The notes beneath the pieces are model-generated. The model ran no database searches. It worked only from the letters and a program-made list of their open reading frames with translations, and was not told the DNA's origin. Both the position numbers and the translations under genes were made by a program. From the NCBI GenBank assembly GCA_045644765.1, contig JAZRHM010000013.1:11780-75779 (forward strand): a stretch of 64,000 bases of DNA, in the 5' to 3' direction. This DNA comes from Alphaproteobacteria bacterium (lineage in GTDB: Bacteria > Pseudomonadota > Alphaproteobacteria > RF32 > CAG-239). Positions 29,107 to 38,201 of the stretch are shown here, piece by piece; positions within the stretch are counted from its first letter, which is position 1; each line of letters begins with the position of its first letter.

Positions 29107-29859
29107 ATGCGTTTTAATGAGCCTGAAATTTTATCACAAGAAGCTGATACTCAAAACGGTCTTTCCGGAGTTAAATATAGTTATGCCGATAGTTCGTTTG
29201 GCTTTAAGGCTCATGCGTCAAAAAACCTAATTGTCACATCACCTGACAACACTATAACCACATACAATTCCGAACTTATCAGAATTAAAGAAGAAACACA
29301 AGACCACACTTTTGAATATCACGAAGACGGGGACAGTGTTAAAAAAGCAATTTTTTATAATCCGGAAAACAAAAACATTAATGCTGAAAAAATATTTGAT
29401 GTTAACGGAACCAAAATTTCTGAAACCAAATATAAATATTATGAAAACAGCTCTCAAGCATCTTCAATTAGTGTTGAAACAGATAAAGAAAGTCAAATTG
29501 CGCACTATGATATAAACGGCAAGGAAATTTCTAAAACAACTTACACATACTATGCCGGTAAAAACAAAGTTGCTTCTCTTACAATAAAAAAAGGCGATGA
29601 AACTAAATTTGTACATTATGATGTAAACGGCAATAATGATACCGCCCTATATCTTGCAATTAAAAGAGTTGCCAAAAAACGAGTAGCAAAAGGAGAAAAA
29701 ATAAGTCAAAATGAGAGCGTAAGTAAAAATACTGTGCCGGAAAACTTTAGTGAAACTACTGTAACAATGTTTGTATCCAAGCAATTTAAAAATCTTCAAA
29801 ACCTTTGGGACGTAGGAAGTGAGATATTAAGAAATAGCAGAAAAAACTTTAATAAATAA
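29107..29859 (+). CDS. MORN-variant (YwqK-like) repeat protein, short paralog
   Basis: 250 aa. Repeated [YF]-x-Y-Y-x-N/G-K motifs (KYKYYENS, TYTYYAGKNK, FVHYDVNGNND). Its C-terminal ~60 aa and N-terminal SPDNTITTY segment are shared with the downstream 858-aa ORF. Confidence 0.65.
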   Translation: MRFNEPEILSQEADTQNGLSGVKYSYADSSFGFKAHASKNLIVTSPDNTITTYNSELIRIKEETQDHTFEYHEDGDSVKKAIFYNPENKNINAEKIFDVNGTKISETKYKYYENSSQASSISVETDKESQIAHYDINGKEISKTTYTYYAGKNKVASLTIKKGDETKFVHYDVNGNNDTALYLAIKRVAKKRVAKGEKISQNESVSKNTVPENFSETTVTMFVSKQFKNLQNLWDVGSEILRNSRKNFNK

Positions 29860-29871
29860 CTCCAAAGTCTA

Positions 29872-29905
29872 TTGACAAAAAAAAAATGAATATGATATAC
29901 TGAGC
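29872..29905 (+). promoter_or_regulatory. candidate promoter of the long MORN-repeat paralog
   Basis: -35 TTGACA at 29872-29877. An A-rich ~19-nt spacer precedes TATACT. RBS AAGGAG lies 7 nt before the ATG at 29943. The spacer length is marginal. Confidence 0.3.
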
Positions 29906-29942
29906 AGTATATTAGTAATTGTAATCTATAAGGAGTTATATT

Positions 29943-32519
29943 ATGGGTGTTAAGTTACCTGAAGTTACATTTCAATCACGTGTAGAAAAAGATGGCAGTT
30001 ATTATGACAAGTTTGTTTACACTGACGGATCAATCGGTTATAAAGATTTTATTTGGCTTACTATAACATCACCGGACAATACTGTAACCGTATACGAGTA
30101 TTCTCCTGATGATAAATCATACAACAAATTACGAGTAAATAAACCGGATGGAACAATAGAAAATTATTTTAACGATAAAGATAATCGCTTACATTCTATT
30201 ATTGCTCCTGATAATACAATAACATTTTATGAAAATAGTGAAAAGGGTTTAGTTATAAGAAAAGTAGAAGGTGCTGACAGAAAAGACATAATGGAAGTGC
30301 TAAATTACAACCGTGATTACATACGACACTATCTTGAACAACGTAATTTTGCTAACTCTACTATATATTCCTATTCTTACGAAGGTGATTCAGACATATA
30401 TGAAACAAAAACTACATATCGTGAACAAAACCGTGAAATCTTCCAACAAAAGTTTCATAATGGCAGACTTATTAAAGAAGTAGATCGGCAAAATAAAGAT
30501 TATGAGACAATTAAAGAATATTATGATGATGAACATAACCGTTTAATATATTTGAGAGAGGGGATCAAAGAGGGAGGTTCGTATATATATAAATATAACT
30601 ACTATCATAACAATGAGGAAAATAGTTTAAAAGAAATAAGGTTAGCTACCAGTGTCACACAATATGCTGAAGACGGAACCATTATATATTCTGAAGACAG
30701 CCTCGGAGAAATAACGAGGGTTGACCACGATGATAATGGCAGAATTATAGAAATTCATGGATCAGAAGGACATAAAGAATATTATGGGGATAGTTATCGT
30801 CTAAGGAAGCATTATGATAAAAACAGCTTTACAGAAAGATATTATTACAATAATAAAGAAAATAATTTAGCCTATGAAGAAACACCGACAAGTGTCAAAA
30901 CATATAAAGAAGATGGAACACCTATCTTATCAGAGGATGGTTTGGGAAAAATCAAAAACATTAATAGAGACATCGGATCTGGTAATTATTGGCAGAATAT
31001 TTTCAGAATTGAAGGCTCTCTCGGGTACAAAATATATTATCCCAACGGTCAAGTAGAAGCAGAAGTATTAAATGAATTGGGACGTAAAGAATATTATCCC
31101 AACGGTCAAGTAAAAGAAGAAGTGAATAAATTGGGCACAGGTTTTACCTATGATGAAGAAGGTAACAGAACAACACTTATCTTCAAAGGTAAAAGAATCC
31201 CGCTTAAAAATGGAAAATTAGAGACACTTGCTGTTAATATTGATGGTGATAAACTTTTGTTTGATAAAAATGAGAACCTAATTTTCCATTATGACAGTAA
31301 AGAACAACGTTGCTACGATGGAACCGGTAAAACTATTATAGAACTACAAAAAAATCCTAAAAAAGATTGGTGCACTATTGTAACATCAAACACCGGCGAC
31401 GCATCTCATACCAATAAAGATGTTAGAGATGCAAATATTGTAATGCGTGATGATAAACTAATAATGTTTTTGAGATATTCACACACGGATGAAAATTGGT
31501 GGACAGATGATGCCAGAGAAACACAAACATTTTATCCTGACGGAAAAATTGTAATTGAAAATCATCTATGGAATTCTAAACGAGAAATGTATAAAGACGG
31601 AACAGTGATACGCACAAACGAAGAAGGACATATAACATCTTTTGAAAATAAGAAACATCAATTAAGTTTTAGTAAAAATAATATGCATTCACGCATATTC
31701 GATGCGTTAGGAAGTGATAAACTTTATTTTAAACGATACGATGGTGAAAATCTGGAAGGATATATAGATAATTCAGGAAAAAAATTTTCATGTAATAAAA
31801 ATGGTGTAATGACAATTAATTTCCCTAATGGAGACAGAAGAGAATTAAATTTAGGTAGTGCTGAATGGAAGCAATATAATAAAGACGGAAAACTTACTAA
31901 AGAAGTTAATAAAGATTATATAATCGAGCATGTATATGCAGGTGATAATATTGAACATTTAGTCTTTAAAAATGATAGAGATAAAATACTTAATGTTCAG
32001 TCATTTGAAAATCATCAGCTGGTCGCTTCTTATGAGTATGCTGAAAATGGTGAAGATATTGCAAAAAAAACTTGTTATACTCTTGGAAAAGGCAACATCA
32101 TTAAAGTAAAAAGCGAAACCTTATATGATGGAAAAGATATTGTTAAAACAACTTCTTATACATATAAAAACGACAACAGCATTAAAGAAAAAACTGAAAC
32201 CTTATATGATCATAAAGGTGCAGAACTTCCAAAAACAATAAAATATACATATCATAAAGATACCCCAAGTGTCTCTTCAGTTACCGTAAAACAAGGTGAT
32301 AAAACTCAATTTACGCATTATGATATAAACGGCAACGATGATACTGTTAAATATCTTGCAATCAAAAAAGTTGCTGAACGTCAAGTAGAAAAAAGCGAAA
32401 AACTAAGGCAACAAGCTGAAGCATCAGGAAAACAACCTGCAAGGACTGTTGTAAAGAAATTGAATAAGCTTCAAAAATATTTTGAAATGAAAAAAGCCAA
32501 AAGAGAAATTGGTAAATAA
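29943..32519 (+). CDS. MORN-variant (YwqK-like) repeat protein, long paralog
   Basis: 858 aa. Dozens of degenerate ~20-aa repeats with a YY/YxxNG core, including the tandem YYPNGQVEAEVLNELGRKE / YYPNGQVKEEVNKLG. Its C-terminal tail (TVKQGDKTQFTHYDINGNDDTVKYLAIKKVAERQVEK) is paralogous to the upstream 250-aa ORF. Confidence 0.7.
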   Translation: MGVKLPEVTFQSRVEKDGSYYDKFVYTDGSIGYKDFIWLTITSPDNTVTVYEYSPDDKSYNKLRVNKPDGTIENYFNDKDNRLHSIIAPDNTITFYENSEKGLVIRKVEGADRKDIMEVLNYNRDYIRHYLEQRNFANSTIYSYSYEGDSDIYETKTTYREQNREIFQQKFHNGRLIKEVDRQNKDYETIKEYYDDEHNRLIYLREGIKEGGSYIYKYNYYHNNEENSLKEIRLATSVTQYAEDGTIIYSEDSLGEITRVDHDDNGRIIEIHGSEGHKEYYGDSYRLRKHYDKNSFTERYYYNNKENNLAYEETPTSVKTYKEDGTPILSEDGLGKIKNINRDIGSGNYWQNIFRIEGSLGYKIYYPNGQVEAEVLNELGRKEYYPNGQVKEEVNKLGTGFTYDEEGNRTTLIFKGKRIPLKNGKLETLAVNIDGDKLLFDKNENLIFHYDSKEQRCYDGTGKTIIELQKNPKKDWCTIVTSNTGDASHTNKDVRDANIVMRDDKLIMFLRYSHTDENWWTDDARETQTFYPDGKIVIENHLWNSKREMYKDGTVIRTNEEGHITSFENKKHQLSFSKNNMHSRIFDALGSDKLYFKRYDGENLEGYIDNSGKKFSCNKNGVMTINFPNGDRRELNLGSAEWKQYNKDGKLTKEVNKDYIIEHVYAGDNIEHLVFKNDRDKILNVQSFENHQLVASYEYAENGEDIAKKTCYTLGKGNIIKVKSETLYDGKDIVKTTSYTYKNDNSIKEKTETLYDHKGAELPKTIKYTYHKDTPSVSSVTVKQGDKTQFTHYDINGNDDTVKYLAIKKVAERQVEKSEKLRQQAEASGKQPARTVVKKLNKLQKYFEMKKAKREIGK

Positions 32520-32542
32520 ATATTTTTACAATTTATACAACA

Positions 32543-32575
32543 AAACTCGGAAACTTCGGTTCCCGAGTTTTTATA
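32543..32575. terminator. bidirectional rho-independent terminator between MORN paralog (+) and GNAT gene (-)
   Basis: AAAACTCGGAAAC-TTCG-GTTCCCGAGTTTT (one mismatch), followed by a T-rich tract. Confidence 0.65.
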
Positions 32576-32577
32576 TT

Positions 32578-33138
32578 TTATTCTTTTATCTTAGAATATA
32601 AATTCATATCTCTAAATTCGTGCAAACACATATTATATTGACTTTTTTTCAATGTACCTTCAAAAGTATATCCTGCTTTTTTAGCCACGTTATTAGACTT
32701 TTCGTTTTCGACGTCTGCTCTTATTGTTAAGCGGATTATTCCGTTAGAAAAAAATTCATTTTCCACCAATTTTATTGCTTCTTGTATATAACCGTTTCCT
32801 TGCGCATCTTTTTTAAGCCAATATCCAATCTCAAATGCCTTGTTTTTTTCATTACCTCTTTTTATCAGCGCTATAGTGCCTAAAAAATCTTTATTTTCCT
32901 TGTTATAAATAACATATTCAAACCTTTCGCCATTTTTCCACGCTTTATCTGCTTCCAAAGCATAAGAAAAATCATCTTCTGCCGATTGGGTAATTTCCGG
33001 CAAAGCCCAAGCAAGCCACGGGATAACAAAATCTCTATTGGCATCAACAACCTTAAACATCTTTAATGCAAATTCAAAAGAAACTTCGGGCTTTTGCAAA
33101 TAAATACGTTCCCCTTCCAATTTTTGATTTAAATCCAT
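32578..33138 (-). CDS. GNAT-family N-acetyltransferase (RimJ/RimL-like)
   Basis: 186 aa. GNAT acetyl-CoA motif A region (EIGYWLKKDAQGNGYIQEAIKLVENEFF) and the fold-typical order of beta strands. Confidence 0.7.
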   Translation of the reverse strand: MDLNQKLEGERIYLQKPEVSFEFALKMFKVVDANRDFVIPWLAWALPEITQSAEDDFSYALEADKAWKNGERFEYVIYNKENKDFLGTIALIKRGNEKNKAFEIGYWLKKDAQGNGYIQEAIKLVENEFFSNGIIRLTIRADVENEKSNNVAKKAGYTFEGTLKKSQYNMCLHEFRDMNLYSKIKE

Positions 33139-33150
33139 TTCTTTTATCTC

Positions 33151-33636
33151 CTAATTTGAATTAATTACATTTAAGATGTTGTTTAAAATTTTATCTACGG
33201 GTAACGAAAAATCAATACAAACGTCCTTAATAACGCAATTGTTATTAACAGCACTATACAAACAAAAATTGGTAGTAAAATATTTACCGTAAATAAGCGA
33301 ATCATCAATATGAAAATCTATTTTGTTTCCTGCACAATATTGAGCTTTTGCTTTATTCCATAAATCATTATCCACATGAAATGAACCATCATTATAATAT
33401 GTGATTTTTCCCAAATTATCAAAGTGTTCCACCATCGACCAAATGTCAGAATATTTTATATCATGTAATTGAAGATAACTTTCTATATCTGCTCGGTATC
33501 CACCGCTTATAACATATATAACACAACCATGTTCTAATGCATAGGCATTAAACTTTTTAAAAAAAATCGGATTTGCCGTAATAACTCCGTGATAATCTAT
33601 CCCTATTTTTATTTTTTTATTCATCTTTTTCTCCAA
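33151..33636 (-). CDS. hypothetical small HAD-superfamily-like hydrolase (capless, nucleotidase-like)
   Basis: 161 aa. Motif I IGIDYHGVI (DxHGV in place of DxDG), motif II VISGG and motif IV FHIDDS, in HAD order. Confidence 0.45.
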   Translation of the reverse strand: MEKKMNKKIKIGIDYHGVITANPIFFKKFNAYALEHGCVIYVISGGYRADIESYLQLHDIKYSDIWSMVEHFDNLGKITYYNDGSFHVDNDLWNKAKAQYCAGNKIDFHIDDSLIYGKYFTTNFCLYSAVNNNCVIKDVCIDFSLPVDKILNNILNVINSN

Positions 33637-36600
33637 AGGCTGAAGAAAATAATTCTTTTAATGAACTGGGGCTAAACATTGATAAAGGATTTATCTTAAT
33701 TTGAGGATCTGCTAAACTTCCTTCTATACCATAATTTGCCGTAATTACACTTCCGTCTTTACCAGCAAGTGCGGTTCCCACAAGAGGAATTTTACCTATA
33801 AAGGCATTGATACTATGCGCCGGAGATATAATACCTTTAAGGTTTAGTTGTTCCGATGATGTGTTATATTTTCCTGAAGCCGTAAAACCTATAACATTTC
33901 CAAACATTTTTGCATCTTTTATTTTAAGAGTTTTATCAACATATTCAAAAGGAGCATCAAAATGTGAGAATGTAATTCCCTCTCCCATCAATAAATCAAG
34001 CATTCCCTTAAACGAAGCAACTGTTAAAAGTTTTGCTAATAATGGCGTATTTTTTATACTGAAATTGCGAATTTGAGCATGTCCGATAAAACCTTTATCA
34101 GCGCTATGTTTTCCTTCAATTTTCAATATACCTCCGCTCATATTTTCATACAAACGCAACACTCTTAAGGTACTTCCGGCATTATTTGAATCAATTGATA
34201 ACAAATGTTCACCTTCCGGTCTTGGTACATAATCTAATTTTAATTTTATTGATTTATCTGTACCATAGTTACCTACCATATGAACCTCATCAATACCTAT
34301 TCCGTTTTTAAACACGGCACTACCGGCAAAATTTTTAATCGGGGTATCCTGATTAGTCCACAAGCTGTTCACTGCGATGAAAATTTCAGCATCTACAACA
34401 TCTTTAAAATTGTCATCTTCCTTATTTTTATCAGAAAGTTTTTTTGCTTTTTCTCTTTTATCAAATAATGTATTTAAATCGTAACTATGACCACTTACAT
34501 TTACTTTAACTTTCTTTTTAGGCGAATTAACTATTTCTATCTTAGCACTTGCAGAAGTTTTCGGACCTTTAATATCTTTTATATCAATAAGTTCTATCTG
34601 TCCTTTTTTATCCATTACCATATTTCCAGTTAAAGAAAAATCATCTTTTGATAAACTAAAAGACGGAACAGATTTAACTTTACTGTCGGCTATTTCAACT
34701 TTTGTTTTTATATTGCCCTTTTGACCTGTTTCCTTTTTGAACCCCAGAAAACTATAATCAATCTCAGCATTTGTAATGTTTGCATTTATATCTAAAATTA
34801 CATCATCATTATTTTGTACGGTTATATCTGCAACAATATCAGCATATCCGTTTATGTAAGGAGGATTTAATATTGAACTTTCTATTCCAAGCTTATGTTT
34901 TACCATTTCATCAAGCTTAAATGAAATTTTAGATTTATTTTTGTAAGCTTTATTAGCAAAAGTTTCATTTATTACCAGATTAAGATTAATTCCATCAAAA
35001 ACAGCATCTCCTATAACCAAAAAGCCTTTTGAATTAACTTCAACATTTAATTTTTCAGCCGTTAAATCTTTTCCGTCAGATATGTTTTCTATTTTCACAT
35101 CGCTTAAATCAGCTTTTACATCAACCTTTATTTCTTCAGGTGTTAAATTTCTATGTAATTCAAAATTAAGTCCTAATTTAATATCAACATTTCCTAAAAC
35201 TTTTTCAGGATTAACCCCCATTCCTGATGCAAAATTTAAAGGCGGATTATCTATAAACTTTAATGCATCTGTTATGCTGGAATTACCGGAAATTTTAATA
35301 TCAATATAGTTATGCTCCTTATTCAAATCATAAAGGCTAACTCTACCTTTATTTATCAACACACCTGCAGACACACCTTTATCAATATCAATATCTATAG
35401 ATGAAGGACTAAAATTTGCCACTCCATAAACATGATTTACGACAGGCATACCTTCCAAATATGTTAAATCACCATCAACAACATTTGTTGTTCCATTTAA
35501 ATCTGACATATAAAGAGTTTCTTTATTTTCATCATAATTAAATTTAAATACAAATTTACCATTTTGTGCCTGTCCGCCGACTAAATTATCCTTACACCAC
35601 TGCCAAGCCGGCTCCGCTAAATATCTGGGCCAAAATTTTGATAAATCAGCTAATTTGAATTTATCAATTTCAGAAGTAAAAACAATTTTTAAATCTTTTA
35701 ACGATTTTTCAAAAAAATACTTTTTATATCCGGAAACATCTAAACTTAAACGAGTTTTTTGACCGGCTGTTTCAAAATCAGCATCTCTAATAGTAACAGC
35801 ATCCAATCCACCGCTAACAGTTCCCTCCAAAACAAACGAATCTATAGCATAATTGAATCGTTGTTGCTCATTAAAAACAACCTCACCCTTTCCGCCATTC
35901 ACCTGAAAATTTATATCCTTAATAATATCATCAATATGCTCAACTACATCTTCTTTATTATTCATAATTTGAGCTATATCAATCTCTGCAGAAATCTTAC
36001 CATCTATCGGAACATCTATCTTCAAACCATTTTCATTTTTGTTTCCTACAAAATCAGAAACTATAAAATCAGAAAACACAAAACCTAAATTTAATTTATT
36101 TTGTAGTGTATTATAATCTCCATTTAAATTCAAACTCACAAGTCTTTCATTTTTTTCCAGAAGTCCTTGAATACCAATTTCCAAATTGGTAATATTTCGA
36201 TTAAAATTAAAATTCACATCATTAAAAGTAAGCTTACGGCCTAAATCTACTTCATGAAACTCAACCGAAGCATTCTTGATTTCTATATCATTGATGAAAC
36301 TTTCAGGATATATCATTTCATCGGAATTAAAACGTTCCAAAAAGTTCTCATACCAATCAACATAATATTCAAATTTCTTTTTATTAATTTCATTGGTCTT
36401 TTCTTTTTCTACTCCATACGTAGTAAAAATCGATATTTGAGCGTTCTCAACTCTAACACTACTTGGAGCTATTATACCTTTAAGTAATGCACGAACACTA
36501 AAAGAAAGTGATAAGCTAGGAGCTTTAATTGAAAATTTATCATCATTTTTTCTAAAAACGATATTTTTAGCTATAATTTTTACCGGTTGTATGGAGCGAA

Positions 36601-36808
36601 CTAATTCCAGATTAACCTCTCCGACACTCATCGAATATTCTGTATCTTGTGAATTTATTGCCTTAATAATATAAGGCTTTAAAAAATCAACCGATAAGGG
36701 ACCTTTATATAAAACCCACAGAAAATACAACAGAAAAAGTAATAACCCTACCCCCATATAATCTGCTGTTTTACGTAAATAATACGCTTTTCCTGAAATT
36801 TTCTTCAT
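33617..36808 (-). CDS. AsmA/YhdP-like (DUF3971 / AsmA_2) large envelope-biogenesis protein; the ATG start at 36808 is preferred over the upstream GTG at 36823
   Basis: ~1060 aa. One N-terminal TM helix (GVGLLLFLLYFLWVLY). A long beta-rich, Asn/Lys-rich periplasmic body. The conserved AsmA-family C-terminal segment is present (…GKIPLVGTALAGKDGSVITANYGIEGSLADPQIKINPLS). Confidence 0.65.
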   Translation of the reverse strand: MKKISGKAYYLRKTADYMGVGLLLFLLYFLWVLYKGPLSVDFLKPYIIKAINSQDTEYSMSVGEVNLELVRSIQPVKIIAKNIVFRKNDDKFSIKAPSLSLSFSVRALLKGIIAPSSVRVENAQISIFTTYGVEKEKTNEINKKKFEYYVDWYENFLERFNSDEMIYPESFINDIEIKNASVEFHEVDLGRKLTFNDVNFNFNRNITNLEIGIQGLLEKNERLVSLNLNGDYNTLQNKLNLGFVFSDFIVSDFVGNKNENGLKIDVPIDGKISAEIDIAQIMNNKEDVVEHIDDIIKDINFQVNGGKGEVVFNEQQRFNYAIDSFVLEGTVSGGLDAVTIRDADFETAGQKTRLSLDVSGYKKYFFEKSLKDLKIVFTSEIDKFKLADLSKFWPRYLAEPAWQWCKDNLVGGQAQNGKFVFKFNYDENKETLYMSDLNGTTNVVDGDLTYLEGMPVVNHVYGVANFSPSSIDIDIDKGVSAGVLINKGRVSLYDLNKEHNYIDIKISGNSSITDALKFIDNPPLNFASGMGVNPEKVLGNVDIKLGLNFELHRNLTPEEIKVDVKADLSDVKIENISDGKDLTAEKLNVEVNSKGFLVIGDAVFDGINLNLVINETFANKAYKNKSKISFKLDEMVKHKLGIESSILNPPYINGYADIVADITVQNNDDVILDINANITNAEIDYSFLGFKKETGQKGNIKTKVEIADSKVKSVPSFSLSKDDFSLTGNMVMDKKGQIELIDIKDIKGPKTSASAKIEIVNSPKKKVKVNVSGHSYDLNTLFDKREKAKKLSDKNKEDDNFKDVVDAEIFIAVNSLWTNQDTPIKNFAGSAVFKNGIGIDEVHMVGNYGTDKSIKLKLDYVPRPEGEHLLSIDSNNAGSTLRVLRLYENMSGGILKIEGKHSADKGFIGHAQIRNFSIKNTPLLAKLLTVASFKGMLDLLMGEGITFSHFDAPFEYVDKTLKIKDAKMFGNVIGFTASGKYNTSSEQLNLKGIISPAHSINAFIGKIPLVGTALAGKDGSVITANYGIEGSLADPQIKINPLSMFSPSSLKELFSSAFGEKDE

Positions 36809-36957
36809 TACTTTTCTAACCACTCCATAAGTTTGTGATAATTACGCAAATCATACGAAGCATAATGATATAAAATCATATCCTTAGGGGACAATGCTTT
36901 TTTATAAAGCTTTAGGGCTTGTGTATATGGTAATGTATCACTTTTTGTGGCCATAAC
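36809..36957 (-). other. candidate small ORF (48 aa), not in the supplied track
   Basis: ATG at 36957 to TAA at 36809 encodes MATKSDTLPYTQALKLYKKALSPKDMILYHYASYDLRNYHKLMEWLEK. It lies between prfB and the AsmA-like gene on the same strand, and its stop overlaps the AsmA-like ATG (TAATG). No homology is recognised. Confidence 0.25.
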
Positions 36958-37100
36958 TAACAACCTTGTATTAAATATCTCTTATTAAGTCCAAATTATT
37001 ATACTTATCTTTTACCAATAAATCAAGTAGTAATAAATTTACACCCATAAATCGTGTATGATATTTTACTACATCAAGTAGTGATTTAACTTTTTTCATT

Positions 37101-38193
37101 TTAACCGACCTTACTTGATAAAGCGGCTTCTAAAAACATGTCAATATCACCATCTAAAACAGCTTTACAATCTGATGTTTCTACTTCAGTTCTTAAATCT
37201 TTAACCATACGATACGGTTGTAAAACATATGATCTAATTTGGTATCCCCACCCGTTATCACCTTGAGCATCTCTCTGTTCAAGAGCTATTTCCTCACGTT
37301 TTTTCATTTCAAATTCATAAAGCTTTGCTTTCAACATTTTCCATGCGTTATCTCGATTTTGAAATTGCGAACGCTGATTTTGACTCTGTACAACTATACC
37401 TGTCGGAATATGTGTTATTCTAACTGCTGAATCTGTTTTATTTACGTGCTGTCCACCTGCTCCTGAAGCTCTATATGTATCTATGCGGCAATCAGCTTCA
37501 TTTATATTAATTTCTATCGTATCATCAATAACCGGAAAAACATTTACCGAAGCAAAACTTGTATGCCTTCTTCCGGCACTATCAAATGGCGAAATCCTAA
37601 CCAAACGATGTACACCACTTTCAAACTTTAACCATCCGTATGCATTATGACCAACAACTTTTATCGTAACCGACTTAATACCTGCAACATCACCTTCTGT
37701 TTCTTCTTGATACTCAACTTTAAACTTTCTTTTTTCTGCCCAACGAGTATACATGCGTAAAAGCATTTCGGCCCAATCTTGAGCCTCTGTACCTCCACTT
37801 CCTGCATGTATTTCTATATAAGCATCATTTGCATCAACTTCACCAGAAAGCAATGCCTCAAGTTCTAACCTTGAAACTTCTGTTTCTAAATTTTCTAAAA
37901 GCATAAAAATTTCAGATTGCATATCTTCATCATCTTCAGATATTTCCGCCATTTCTTCATAATCTGAAAGACTATTTGTAATATATTCGTAAGATTTCAA
38001 CGCAGCATCTAATGAGTTTTTTTCGCTCATTATCTTTAAAGCTTTTTCAGCATCATTCCATAAAAGAGGATCCTCACTTAACGCATTAAGTTCTTCCAGC
38101 CTTAAAACAGCATTATCATAATCAAAGAGACCTCCTCAGCAGACTTAAAGACTGCTTGATATTATCTATCTTATTTATAAATTCTGCTTTCAT
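37101..38193 (-). CDS. prfB: peptide chain release factor 2, with programmed +1 ribosomal frameshift
   Basis: Frame 0 from the ATG at 38193 encodes MKAEFINKIDNIKQSLSLLRRSL, followed by CTT TGA (minus strand, complementing 38122-38127). An AGGAGG internal Shine-Dalgarno lies 3 nt upstream. The +1 frame then continues DYDNAVLRLEEL… into the 309-aa track ORF (37101-38030), which carries SPF and GGQ (RASGAGGQHVNKT). Confidence 0.9.
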
Positions 38194-38201
38194 TTTTACC
38201 T

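Noticed and set aside
29107-32519. MORN/YwqK-like proteins as immunity proteins of a polymorphic toxin locus.
   Set aside because: No adjacent toxin (deaminase, nuclease, Rhs/WXG) ORF is present. Both genes have independent strong promoters. Their lengths of 250 and 858 aa far exceed typical ~150-200-aa YwqK immunity proteins.
32578-33636. GNAT plus small upstream ORF as a GNAT-type toxin-antitoxin pair (TacT/AtaT-like).
   Set aside because: The partner ORF is 161 aa with HAD-like motifs, not a small RHH/DUF1778 antitoxin. The GNAT resembles RimJ/RimL-type acetyltransferases rather than tRNA-acetylating toxins.
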